DNA of 64,000 bases. Source: Octopus sinensis. Lineage: Eukaryota. Made by a program: the position numbers and the translations under genes. This document shows, in pieces, positions 49,587 through 62,171 of the stretch. The stretch lies in NCBI RefSeq assembly GCF_006345805.1, contig NC_042998.1, positions 32,798,001-32,862,000 on the forward strand. Reading direction: 5' to 3'. Position 1 is the first letter of the stretch. Each line of letters starts with the position of its first letter. Below the pieces are notes generated by a model. It saw only the letters and a program-made list of their open reading frames with translations, made no database searches and was not told the origin of the DNA.

Positions 49587-51952
49587 TAGTTTTATTTTTA
49601 TAGCGTGCTTTCACTTCACTACCGAGCGCAGCTCTGTGTGCCTTGGGTATGTGCTGTGATTTGTTGTGATGCTCTGATGGTTATTGTATGGAAAGTGTTC
49701 TGCGTAGGATGTGTGCAGTGCCTAGTAGTGCAATTTTCTGTATGTTATATGTGTTTGTAAGTCCTGGTGTTTTTGTTATGTATTTGTCTGAATATTTTTT
49801 TTATCATGCCTAATGCACCTACTATGATAGGAATTGTTTCTGTTTTCAGATTCCACATTCTAGTTACCTCTATTTCCAGGTCTTTGTATTTTGAGAGTTT
49901 CTCCATTTCTTTTAGAGACACGTTGTCATCTGCCGGTATTGATACATCAATTAGAAAGCATTTTTTTTTTTCATGATCTCTGACAACTATATCTGGTCTG
50001 TTGGCCTTAATTTCTCTATCTGTGTGTATCGGCATATCCCAGAGTATGGTTGCTTTCTCGTTTTCTGTGACCTTTTCTGGTGTGTGCCTATACCATCTTT
50101 TTTCTGTTGTTATTCCATAATGTTGGCATAGCTTCCAATGTATGTAGGTTCCAACTCTGTCATGTCTGTGAATATATTCCTTCTTAGCCAGGACTGGGCA
50201 GCTAGAGATAATATGATTTATTGTTTCTTGTCCATCTCCACATATTCTGCAGTTACTTGTAATATTTCTTTCATTACATGTTTTGGTAATTCTGGTGGGG
50301 AGGCTTTGGTCTTATGCTGCAATTAAAAATTCCTCTGTTTCTGCTTTGAGTCCTGAGCTTCTCAACCATTGCTGGGATTTTTCTTTGTCTATTTCTTTTG
50401 CGTTTAGTTTAGTCCAGTATTTACCATGAAGGGGCTTTTCTTGCCATCGTTTTATCATGGTTCGTTGCTGTTCTATTTTTAGTTTGGATTTCATTTGTTT
50501 TATAGCTTTTGTTGTTTCTTCATCATCTTCTTCATGTTTATTAGGTGGTATGATTTCTTGTTTGTATTTGTCAGCTTCCTTAAATACTGAGAACAGTTTT
50601 TTGTTTTGCTCGTGTTTTGCCGCTATCTGGATCAGTTTTCCTTCCTTCTGAAGTAGATATTTTTGTAGTCCTATGGTGGTTATTTTATAGTAGTTTTCCA
50701 GCTGTATAAGGCCTCTACCACCTTCTATACGTTGTATATATAGTCTTTCTGTCAGATTTTGGGTGATGCATCCTAGATCCTGTCATTATTTTTCTTGTTT
50801 TCCTATCTATTTTGGTCAGTTCATTTCGTGTCCAGTTAAGGATATTGTAGCTGTAACTTATAACTGGGACAGCTAAAGTGTTGATACCTATTATCTTGCT
50901 TTTAGCATTGAGCTCTGTGTTTAGTATTGATCTAACTCGTCTATAATATTCTTTTTTTATTTTCTCTTTCATTTGTGTGTGTTGTGTCTTATCTAGTTCA
51001 TGGATTCCTAAGTATTTGTAAGTTTGGCTTTGGTCTAATTCTTTTATTTCATTGGTTTTATCTAGTGGGATGTTGTTACTCTTAACTAGTTTTCCTCTTT
51101 TCATGGTTACTTTGGCGCATTTTTCTAATCCAAATTTCATATCTATTTCTTTGGTAAATCCATGAACTGTCTTTAATAGTGTTTCCAGCTGTTTGTCATT
51201 TGCAGCGTATAGGTTTAGGTCATCCATATATAAAAGGTGGCTGATCGTTTTGCCGTAACATTTATATCCGCATCCAGTTCTATTTAGCATATCAGATAGA
51301 GGTGACAGTGCCAAGCAGAAAAGGAGTGGATAGAGCGTGTCTCCCTGGAATATTCCTCTTCTAATGGGGATGTCTTTGGTTTTCATGAGTCCCTCTTTTG
51401 TTTGGAGGTGTAGGACTGTTTGCCATTTATTCATAGCGTGCTCTACGAATTTTATGATTGTTGGTGCTACTTTGTAAATGGCTAGTGTTTCGAGGATCCA
51501 TGTGTGGGGGATGCTATCAAACGCCTTTTTGTAGTCAATCCAGGCCATACTGAGGCCTTTCTTCTTTCTGTGGCTGTCTTCAGTTATGGCTTTATTAATC
51601 ATTAGTTGATCTTTACAGCCATATGAGCCTTTGCGGCATCCTTTCTGTTCTTCTGGGAACAGTTTGTTTTCGTCCAGGTGCTTGTTCAGCCTTTGCGATA
51701 TCAGTGCAGTAAATGCCTTGAACATAGTAGGGAGGCAGGTTATTGGTCTGTAGTTTTCTGGTTTTGCTGTTTCATTTGATTTGGGAATTAAGATGGTTTT
51801 CCCCTTCGTGAGCCATTCAGGCATTGTCTCTGGCTCTGCTAGTATGTTGTTAAAGTTTTCAGCCAGCTTTTTGTGCATTCCTGTTAGATATTTCAACCAG
51901 AAGTTGGGGATCTTGTCATGCCCAGGTGCCTTCCAGTTGCTTAGTCTTTGCA
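49583..51952 (-). mobile_element. 5'-truncated R4/Dong element, second family
   Basis: ORF 51953-50715 KAPGHDKIPNFW...GIFQGDTL..LYMDDL, then WQEKPLHGKY, a CCHC region and RLE NRPDIVVRD..LIDVSIP..KLSKYKDL; 3' UTR ends at (AAT)n. Confidence 0.9.
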
Positions 51953-51982
51953 TATTATTATCATAATTATTATTATTATTAT

Positions 51983-52422
51983 TCAGTATTTTTTTTGCGT
52001 GCTTTCATTTCACTACCGAGCGCAGCTCTGTGTGCCTTGGGTATGTGCTGTGATTTGTTGTGGTGCTCTGATGATTACTGTACTGAAAGTGTTCTGCGTA
52101 GGATGTGTACAGTGCCCAGTAGTGCAATTTTCTGTATGTTATATGTGTTTGTAAGTCCTGGTGTTTTCGTTATGTATTTGTCTGAATATTTTTTTATCAT
52201 GCCTAATGCACCTGCTATGATAGGAATTCCTTCAGTTTTTAGATTCCACATTCTGGTTACCTCTATTTCCAGGTCTTTGTATTTTGAAAGTTTCTCCATT
52301 TCTTTTAGAGACACGTTGTCATCTGCTGGTATTGATACATCAATTAGAAAGCATTTTTTTCCTTCATGATCTCTGACAACTATATCTGGTCTGTTGGCCT
52401 TAATTTCTCTATCTGTGTGTAT
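51983..52422 (-). mobile_element. Short 5'-truncated copy of the same Dong family (RLE and 3' UTR)
   Basis: HTDREIKANRPD...HILRRTLSVQ*; 3' UTR nearly identical to 49583-49700; (AAT)n on both sides. Confidence 0.9.
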
Positions 52423-52435
52423 TATTATTATTATT

Positions 52436-52512
<77 letters not shown>

Positions 52513-52520
<8 letters not shown>

Positions 52521-52596
52521 TCACTGCCTGGAATCAAACTCAGAATCTCAGGATTAGTAGCCCGTGATCTTAACCACTACGCCATATGCCCGTAGT
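52513..52596 (-). mobile_element. Family A tRNA-like head
   Basis: Minus strand ctctataactacgggcatatggcgtagtggttaagatcacgggctactaatcc...gtttgattccaggcagtgacctgaata. Confidence 0.85.
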
Positions 52597-53474
52597 TATA
52601 GAGTTGATAATAATTCTGATTTCTCTGTCTGTCTTCCTTCAGCTTTTCATTAAAAGTATTTCCAGGGAATATACACTCCTTGAATTAGTGTTTAAATACC
52701 CACAAGAACATTTCACATTATATTAACGACGCTTCAACATCTAAAAAAAAAAGCAAAATAAAAAACAAAGCAATAATCCTGATTCACGCTTTGCATCATA
52801 TCATAATAATAACAACAACATCGAAAAATACCTCATCCAATCCGCCGACATGAATGATTATTTCTAATATTGGTTTGTTCTTCAAATTTTTGCCAGCCAG
52901 TTTTCGAGACAGGGGGTAAGCCGATTGTATAAACTCTAGTGTACAGCTGGTACTTATTTTATCGACCCCTGAGAGGGAAAAAGGCAAAGTCGACCTCGGT
53001 GGAATTTGAAATCAAAACGTAAAAACTGATGAAATGTCGCTAAGCATTTTCCCCGGCGTGCTAATAATGGTTCTGCCAGTTCACTAATATTGAAAAAAGA
53101 CCACAAGTTTAACTTTATATTCTAAATCGTGGAAAGATGAAAGGCGCGAAGTTGATCTAGGAGCGAATTCAGAACCTAAAATTTCAGAAGAAATATCACA
53201 AATCTTTCTTCTGTCGCTTTACAGACTTTGTCATTTTACCATCTTCGTCTGACTAGATAAAGAAAAACAATATTCCAGCATAAGTTGTTGCTTCTTCCTC
53301 TTTCTCCCTCATTTTCGTATCATCACCATCACCATCATCATCATCGTCATCGTTGTCATCATCATCATTGTGCCACTAAAGCATGTTTATCGTAAAATAC
53401 TTAAGAGTGCTCACGATTTTTATCTTTCCATTATCACAGTTTAAAAAGTTTGAAATTTAGGGCTTAAACGAATT

Positions 53475-53510
<36 letters not shown>

Positions 53511-54415
53511 ATATATATATATTGTTTTGTTTGTTCCTTCTCAAGCCATGCCTGGTTTCCTTGGCGTATAGGTTTCCTACCTGGACGGGACGCCTGTCCG
53601 TCGCAGGTGAGCTGCAAGATGCAGGAGGAAAGAGTGAGAGGAATTTGTGGCGAAAGAGTCAGCAGAAGTTTCGCCATTACGTTCTGCCGGAGCCGCGTGG
53701 AGCTTAGGTATTTCGCTCATAAACACAAACATCGCCCGGTCTGAGATGAGATTCGAACTCGCGATCCCTCGACCGCGAGTCCACTGCTCTAACCACTAGG
53801 CCATGTGCCTCCACACCTACACACACACACACCTCTATTTAATGATTGTTTTTTTCAATTGATTAATCATCAATATATGACTGATACATATCTTATTGAT
53901 CCAAGAAGGAGGAAAGCAAAGACAATTTCGGTAGCATATCATCAGAGATGTCGGGGGATGAAACCAAATACATTTAGTCCAGTCCTCCATGGTCGTTCCC
54001 ACTCCATTGCCTTTAAAAAATCTTGATTATGTTGACTTAGATGTTATCTGTTATTGACAGAGAGAAAAATTTACTCGTAGAGAAAAGTTGCAATTTAATA
54101 TAATGTTGTATGAATTGCAAACTTTTTTCAACATATTATTTCTCAGAAAATGACTGAGAATGAAATTTTGGAAATAAAAATATAAAATAATAATTAGAAA
54201 TAGTGCAGTAAAATGAAGAAAGGAAAAAAAAAAAGATTATTGTATGAAAAAGGATTACGTAATTACACAATTTGCAAGGAAGAAGGATGTTTTGTGGTTG
54301 GTTTTTTTTTGTTTTTTAATTTTATTTATTCATTTATTCACGTATTAGTAATATTAATATTATTTTTATCATCTCTATCATCGTCAACATCCTTTTCCTC
54401 CATCACATCATCACT

Positions 54416-54459
<44 letters not shown>

Positions 54460-55764
54460 TTTCGTCATCATATTTATTTCCGAAGGAAATTATTAATCAA
54501 TACTCACTTTGCAAGGCATTGATCAAGAGTAAATAAAATAAAATTTTGGCTCGTTATCGAAAGGGAAATAAACAAAATAAATTTGAAATTTAAAGAAACA
54601 ATGAAAAACGAAAAAAAAATAAAATAAATAAAAAAGCGACCAACAAGAGAAAAAATATGAGAAAATTCAAAATTTATATTTGATTAAGAAATTGGGGGAA
54701 AAAAGGTAAAGAAGTGAAATAAAATGAGAAAATGAGAGCTTCGTAAAATATAATATCAAAAGAATTAAAAAAACAAACAACTGCTTAAAGTAAACAAACT
54801 TGAAAATAAATAATGCTTAAAGAAATTGTTTTCTGTTATTACTTCCAGAGTGCAGTGTGGATGCTGGTAATAATGTTAAAGATTACTAAATAGACTATAT
54901 TAAATTGTTACTGGTATTGTAAAAATAATTTATAATCTTTTAAGCATCGTGTTAATAAATGCATTACAACAGACATGAGCGAGGGGTTTGTGTCGCTGAT
55001 GTTATTGGTGTTACCGAGCAACACGGAAAAGCCTGAATGTCTTAGATGCCATAAATGATGAGTAAAAGGGCCAAGGTTGCTGGGGGTCATTTTTAGACTA
55101 CATCGCAACTAGAACAATGCAACATGAAACAAACTCTGTTCTTTGTTAGAAAAGCCATTAGACACTATATCAATGATATCACTTTGAGCATGACAAGAAT
55201 AATGAAAATGTTCTGATGATAATGCAAATATTATCAATGATGAATGAATAGACTAACGTAAGAGATACAGTTCTAACTACGTTTCGATCTGTTAAAGTTC
55301 CGACTGGTTGTTGTTAACTTTTCATTTGTTCAAAATCTATTTCGTGTTTGCCATTTCCAGGCTACTGCACGGGTGTCGATGGTCTTGAAAACACAACAGA
55401 CATTCTGAGTTGGTTTCTACTTCGTTCTAATACTAAGGTGTTGCTATGATGTGTTAAATATTGCCATCTTTGTTGACTTCTAATCCCAGGAGCTCTATTT
55501 CGCATTTTGTTGTTTCCATACTTGCTACAAGGTAACCAAAAAATACCGTTTCTCCAGTTTTTCGCAAATCAGTAAAGTGGAGAGATTTCATTAGCTGTTA
55601 TCTGTCTCAGACAATAAACAGGTGCAGATGCCATAAATTAGATACCATTTCGTTTTACAATGCCTTGCTAAAAAAACCAGAGAAAATTGGATTGGCAAGA
55701 GTCAGCAATATTCGAAAAATCTGTTTAACTTAATTTCCCAAAGAGATCTTTCTTTCATACTGGC

Positions 55765-56075
55765 CCTCCGTCGGTTACGACGACGAAGGTTCCAGTTGAT
55801 CCGATCAACGGAACAGCCTGCTCGTGAAATTAATGTGAAAGTGGCTGAGCACTCCACAGACAAGCGTACCCTTAATGTAGTTCACTGGGAACTTCAGCAT
55901 GACACAGTATGTGACAAGGCTGGCCCTTTGAAATACAGATACTACTAATTTTAGCCAGCTGATTGAACTGGAGAAACGTGAAATAAAGTGTCTTTCTCAA
56001 GGACACATCGCGTCGCCAGGAATTGAACTCACGACCGTAAGGTCGTGAGCCGAATGCCTTACGCCACGTGCCTTC
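55765..56075 (-). mobile_element. tRNA-derived SINE, head H2 plus tail T2
   Basis: Head ggcacgtggc...gttcaattcc..gtgtccttgagaaagacacttt; tail ...cgtcgtaaccgacggag. Confidence 0.75.
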
Positions 56076-56497
56076 ATGTCTTTTCATACACAGGGAAAGA
56101 ATCAACATTCAGAGGAGTTTATAATGTACCATTATGATATACGGAACAATGATGTAGTGTAGACATTTTTTACATGCACCATATTCTTTCATTCTTTTAC
56201 TTGTTTCAGTCATTAGATGTAGCCATGCTGGATCACCACCTTGAAGAATTTCAGTCAGACGAATTGATTACAGTACTTATTTTTTAAGACTGGCACGTGT
56301 TCTGTCCGTCTCTTTTTAATAGTATCGATTTAAAGATATAGCCACGAAACGCGCGTAGTCAATTTAATGTTTATTTAATTTAGTGATTTTTTGAATAATA
56401 TTTATTATAGTATGTTAAATTTTTTCTATATGGTGTGGATAATATTTTTCATTATTGAATTGCTTAATAGAGGTTATTTCTTTTAATTATATAGATA

Positions 56498-56574
<77 letters not shown>

Positions 56575-56610
56575 GATAATATAAATGATATATATATATA
56601 TGTATATATA

Positions 56611-57075
56611 TCTCTTATTATAAAAGGCAGATTTTATCTGCCTCCCTTTGGGAGTTATACAAATCTACAATATAGGATTTCTTCAATTACAATTTACCTT
56701 GCATTTTTAAGAGTACAATGCATCGCGTCATGCCAGGTCCAGTTTTTAAAATTTAAACTCCAATTAAGCAAAATTTACAGAAAACTCACATTCTGGTGTG
56801 TGTGTCAAATGCTTTTCTTAGTCTGGTTTACAGCACACGCAAACGCACACACACAGTGGGCAAGGAATAAAATGAAAGTAATTGACTTACTGTAGTGAGT
56901 GATTCTTTCACTCTGCCTCCCACTTCCTATTTCACACATAGACACGCAAATATATAATAAAATTGTAAGCTAACGTGCGTGTGTGTGAGTGGGTGTGTGT
57001 GGGTGTGCGCGTGTGTGTGTGTGTGAGGGTGCGTGTGTGTGTGTGTGTGTGTGCGTGTGCGTGAGTGTGTGACAG
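56611..57075 (+). mobile_element. Possible Helitron-like 5' portion
   Basis: A|TCTCTTATTATAAAAGGCAG start resembles 2405 and 58388; no 3' CTAG end recognised. Confidence 0.35.
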
Positions 57076-57122
57076 GAAAGTTTTTTACGACGAATATAAC
57101 ACCTATATCCAAGTAGCAGAAA

Positions 57123-57600
57123 GATAAGACAGTAAGGTGTGATTTGAGGGAGATTTGGCTGCTATTTCTACATGTCTAGCTGCCATGTAGGGGTCTCCCT
57201 CATAGGCTCATACATACATATATACATAGATAAGACAGTAAGGTGTGATTTGGGGGAATTTGGCTGCTATTTCTACCAGGTCTAGCTGCCATGTAGGGGT
57301 CTCCCTCATAGGCTCATACATACATATATACATAGATAAGACAGTAAGGTGTGATTTGGGGGAAATTTGGCTGCTATTTCTACCAGGTCTAGCTGCCATG
57401 TAGGGGTCTCCCTCATAGGCTCATACATACATATATACATAGATAAGACAGTAAGGTGTGATTTGGGGGAAATTTGGCTGCTATTTCTACCAGGTCTAGC
57501 TACCATGTAGAGGTCCCCCTCATTGGCTCATATATATATACATACATAAGACAGTAAGGTGTGATTTGAGGGAGATTTGGCTGCTGTTTCTACCAGGTCT
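57123..57600 (+). repeat. About 106-bp tandem repeat, 4.5 copies
   Basis: Unit starts (gataagacagtaaggtgtgatttg) at 57123, 57229, 57335, 57442 and 57545. Confidence 0.95.
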
Positions 57601-57918
57601 GTTAGGCCTTCTCATGTAAACTCAAGCTTTCTCATGCCTTGAACATAAGACCAAAGCAGAGAATGTATTCTTTTATTCTTCTGCTTTTTCCAGCCATTAG
57701 TCTGTGGCCATGCTGGGGCAATGCCTTGAAGAATTGTAGTTTAATGAATCAACTCGTTTTATTTTTGTAAGCATTGTACTTATTCTATCTGTTTCCTTTG
57801 TCAAACCACTAGGTGACAGGGATGTAAACAAACCAACATTCGTTGTCAAGCAGTGGTGGAGGACAATCACAAGCACAGACACGCACACACACACACATAC
57901 ATGCATACACATATACAC

Positions 57919-57953
<35 letters not shown>

Positions 57954-57971
57954 TATGTGTGTATATATATA

Positions 57972-58228
57972 TTGCAGCGTGGAAGGTGTTTGTAAGCCAT
58001 TTAAGAAACACACAAAAAACCGTTACATTCACTTCAACATTTAAATTTAATTTGCCAAAATATTTTCGTCGCTTTGAGACCGCGACCTGTTCACTGACAA
58101 AAATATCGTGCTAACAGGTCGCGGTCTCAAAGCAATGAAAATATTTTGACAAATTAAATTTAATGTTGAAGTGAATCTAACGGTTTTTGTGTGTTTCTTA
58201 AATGGCTTATAAACCTTCAACGCTGCAA
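57972..58228. repeat. About 255-bp foldback (arms about 120 bp, 21-nt spacer)
   Basis: 57972-58091 is the reverse complement of 58113-58228 with a few substitutions and small indels. Confidence 0.9.
58051..58101 (-). ncRNA. Hammerhead-like motif with G3-C8 core (family D)
   Basis: Minus strand: tttgtca GTGAACA g gtcgc ggtctcaaa gcgac GAAA ata TTT tggcaaa. 7-bp stem I, 5-bp stem II, palindromic AAATATTT in place of stem III. Confidence 0.55.
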
Positions 58229-58387
58229 CTGTTTTCGTTCCAGCACACGATCTCAGATCAAGTCACTTGCTATGCAAGTACATCTCTGTAACTATATATA
58301 TATTTATATATATATATATGTATATTGGTAAAAACAGTAAGATAACAAAAGAAAGAAAGAGACCTCAATATTATGTAAATAGAGGAA

Positions 58388-58783
58388 TCTTTATATATAA
58401 AATGAGGTTGTGTGTCTGTCTCCTACTATTTAGATTCCTAACTACTCCCACATTTTGCGGTGCAGTTTAACCAAAACCGGGTATCTTATAGTCGTGATTC
58501 ATATCGAGACCGTCTGAGTATTAGCGCGCGTCTACGATGAGTCTACACGATTTTAAAAAAAATTTACCATCAATTTTTCCCATTTTTAATCCATTTTTGA
58601 CATATATAAGGGAAGTAACTCTCTAAATTTTATTATTAAATCTCAGAACGTAAAAAGCTACAGTAACACCCCTCCCCCTTTGTGGTTAGCCATATTGAGA
58701 TGGCTATTATACTTTACATCTCTAAAAATGCTTATATAATTATTTCCCTTACAAACCCGAGCAACGCCGGGCGATACTGCTAG
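58388..58783 (+). mobile_element. Non-autonomous Helitron-like element
   Basis: A|TCTTTATATATAAAA start; cccgagcaacgccggg hairpin followed by cgatactgCTAG|T; 3' end nearly identical to 2720-2778. Confidence 0.8.
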
Positions 58784-58818
58784 TATATAATATAAGTGAT
58801 ATATATATTTATATATAT

Positions 58819-58849
<31 letters not shown>

Positions 58850-58897
58850 TAATATATATATTTATATATATTTATATATATATTATATATATTTATA

Positions 58898-58940
<43 letters not shown>

Positions 58941-59024
58941 TATATAATATATATATATATATTTATTTACAAGCATATATACATACATATACATATCTAC
59001 ATATATGTGTATATACACATGCAT

Positions 59025-59650
59025 ATATGGATACAGGACGTCAAAAAATATAAACATGAAAAACGAGAACATCGAAAGAAACAAAAAGAAAAACAATACA
59101 GGCAACATAAAGAGCAATCTCTTCATCAGTTGTCCACTATTTCATCTACTCCGCATTTCGAGCGTTAGGACAAGATGGGTTTTTGTCAAAACAGTCGTTC
59201 CCGCAAAGCAAATTACATAAAATTTGGGGTTTTTAGAGGGTCAAAGCTGGAAACAAAAAACAGGACAGTTAAAACAAACGGTAAGGGCTGTTAAGCCATA
59301 ACGAGGTGAAGTGGGGAATGCAGGAGAAACAAGCTTTAACAGGAGACAGACAAAAATGCATGCTTCCCTTATAGCTGAACGAGAAGAAAGAAATTTGACT
59401 TGGGAGAAGAAAGATGGCCGCTGGTCACGTGTGAGCAACGAGAAATCAAGGAGGAAGAGTGACGGAGAGAGAGGGACAGGTAGAGAACGGTGAAGGGGAG
59501 GAGAAGAATTAGAAAGGCTGGGAGAGAAAAAAGAATATAGAAGGAAGAAGAGAGAAAGAGAGATAGTGATAGAATAGTGTCGTATCAGAATTAAGATAAA
59601 ACTTACTTGGAAATGGATGCGTGGCGTTCGATCATATACTAATATAAATA
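59025..59650. mobile_element. Unclassified dispersed repeat (family E)
   Basis: catatatgg(a/g)tacaggacgtcaaaaa start also seen at 60011, 60445, 60893 and, reversed, near 22250. Confidence 0.5.
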
Positions 59651-59724
59651 ATATATATATGCATATATACATACATGCATGTACATACCTATATATGTAT
59701 ATGTGTGTATGTGTGTGTGTGTGT

Positions 59725-60106
59725 GTATACACATGCATATATGGGTACAATGTAAAGGCGCGTGGCTTAGTGGTTAGGTGTCAGTATCATGATCGTAAGA
59801 TAGTGATTTCGATTCCTGGACCGAGTGACGTGTTGTGTTCTTGAGCAAAACTCTTCATTTCATGTTGCTCCAGTCCACTCAGCTGGCAAAAATGAGTAAC
59901 GCTGCAATGGACTGGCATCCCGTCCAGCTGGGTAACACATACGCCATAGAAACCGGGAAACCGGGCCCATGAGCCTTGCTAGGCTTTAAAAGGGCGCATT
60001 TATTTTATATTTTATATGGGTACAAGACGTCAAAAACCGTAAACATAAAAAAATGAGAACATGAAATACAAAAACACGGAAAACGAACTCCTTTTGCGAA
60101 CAACTA

Positions 60107-60157
<51 letters not shown>

Positions 60158-60538
60158 ATACACATGCATATATGGGTACAAGGTGAAGGCGCGTGGCTTA
60201 GTGGCTAGGGTGTCAATACCATGATCGTAAGATAGTGATTTCGATTCCTGGACCTGACGACGTGTTGAGTTCTTGAGCAAAACTCCTCATTTCATGTTGC
60301 TCCAGTCCACTCAGCTGGCAAAAATGAGTAACGCTGCAATGGACTGGCATCCCGTCCAGCTGGGTAACACATACGCCATAGAAACCGGGAAACCGGGCCC
60401 ATGAGCCTGGCTAGGCTTTAAAAGGGTGCATTTATTTTATATTTTATATGGGTACAAGACGTCAAAAACCGTAAACATAAAAAAATGAGAACATGAAATA
60501 CAAAAACACGGAAAACGAACTCCTTTTGGGAACAACTA

Positions 60539-60591
<53 letters not shown>

Positions 60592-60986
60592 GTGGTGTGT
60601 GTGTGTATACACATGCATATATGGGTACAATGTAAAGGCGCGTGGCTTAGTGGTTAGGTGTCAGTATCATGATCGTAAGATAGTGATTTCGATTCCTGGA
60701 CCGAGTGACGTGTTGTGTTCTTGAGCAAAACTCTTCATTTCATGTTGCTCCAGTCCACTCAGCTGGCAAAAATGAGTAACGCTGCAATGGACTGGCATCC
60801 CGTCCAGCTGGGTAACACATACGCCATAGAAACCGGGAAACCGGGCCCATGAGCCTTGCTAGGCTTTAAAAGGGCGCATTTATTTTATATTTTATATGGG
60901 TACAAGACGTCAAAAACCGTAAACATAAAAAAATGAGAACATGAAATACAAAAACACGGAAAACGAACTCCTTTTGCGAACAACTA

Positions 60987-61039
<53 letters not shown>

Positions 61040-61050
61040 GTGGTGTGTAT
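59725..61050 (+). repeat. Tandem triplication (431-449 bp units), each carrying an H2+T1 SINE inserted in family E
   Basis: Units start at 59736, 60167 and 60616; SINE at about 59755-59998, 60188-60428 and 60635-60878; 13-bp direct repeat tatatgggtacaa at 59738 and 60013 flanks the SINE. Confidence 0.9.
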
Positions 61051-61769
61051 CTGTGTATGCGTATGTTTATGAAAATAACATAAATAAGCAACAGAAAAGA
61101 GACGCACACTCATTCGCATGTACTTATCGTGTGCATGTGATTACGAGTGCGTGTGTTTTAGGAAATGTCGACGAAATAAGTTAACACAGATACGCAAACC
61201 ATCGCTATTTCCATATGGCTTTTTTCCCCCCGTTTTTTTTTCTGTCAGTTTAAAGAGTCTCCTTCGGGAATCCTGAGTAACGAAAGAACAAACGGCTGCT
61301 ATAAATGGAAGAGCAAAGCAACAATCTTGCCTTTGGACGAATCCTTGAATCAACTTTCAATGGAAAAAAAAAAGAAACAGTTTACATCCTGACCTCTTTG
61401 ATAATGCAGTTTTTTCGTTTCTTTTTCTGCTTCAAGCCTGGCGGATTTATTCATGTTGAAATGATAAGCGTAGCAAATTCTTCTACTTTTTTTTTCAAAT
61501 ATATATATAAAAAACAAAATTAAGAATCAAAGTTTATATGCTCTGTACACAAAGAAATATGAGAATAGATTTATTTGTATTAAAAGATTATGGAAATTAA
61601 TAAACTACAAAGAGAACGTTGACTTTTCATCCAAGCAGTAATTTAGATTCTCAGAATCAAAAAGATTTACTTAAATCAAAGAAACGTATTATAATGCATG
61701 ACCATTTATTGAACCAAGAAAATAGAAACAGAATTACTCAAGAATGCTACACTAGTATTTCTTAGAATC

Positions 61770-61839
61770 TATCTATCTATCTATATATATATTACCTATC
61801 TATCCATCTGCCTATCTATCCATATGTCTATCTGTCTGC

Positions 61840-61883
<44 letters not shown>

Positions 61884-62107
61884 ATCTATCTCTCTATCTA
61901 TCTATATATATATCTATCTATCTCTCTGTCTGTCTATATATCTATTTTCTATCTATCTATCTATCTATCTATCGATATCTATCTCTCTATCTATCTATGT
62001 ATCTATCTGTCTATTTTTCTATATATCTATCTCTCTGTCTATCTATTTATCTATTTTTTATCTATCTATATATCTATCTATCCATCCATCCATCCATCCA
62101 TCCATCC

Positions 62108-62171
<64 letters not shown>
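61770..62171 (+). repeat. (TATC)n/(CATC)n microsatellite
   Basis: Directly visible; abuts the second Tx1 copy. Confidence 0.95.

Noticed and set aside
55361-55449. Candidate exons after good-looking acceptors (GYCTGVDGLENTTDIL...; also 61248-61390)
   Set aside because: No clear donor or recognisable product; not supportable without transcripts.
59112-59165. Minus-strand CTGATGAAGAG plus upstream GCTCGAAA as a permuted (type II) hammerhead
   Set aside because: Stems I and III cannot be paired with a valid NUH triplet.
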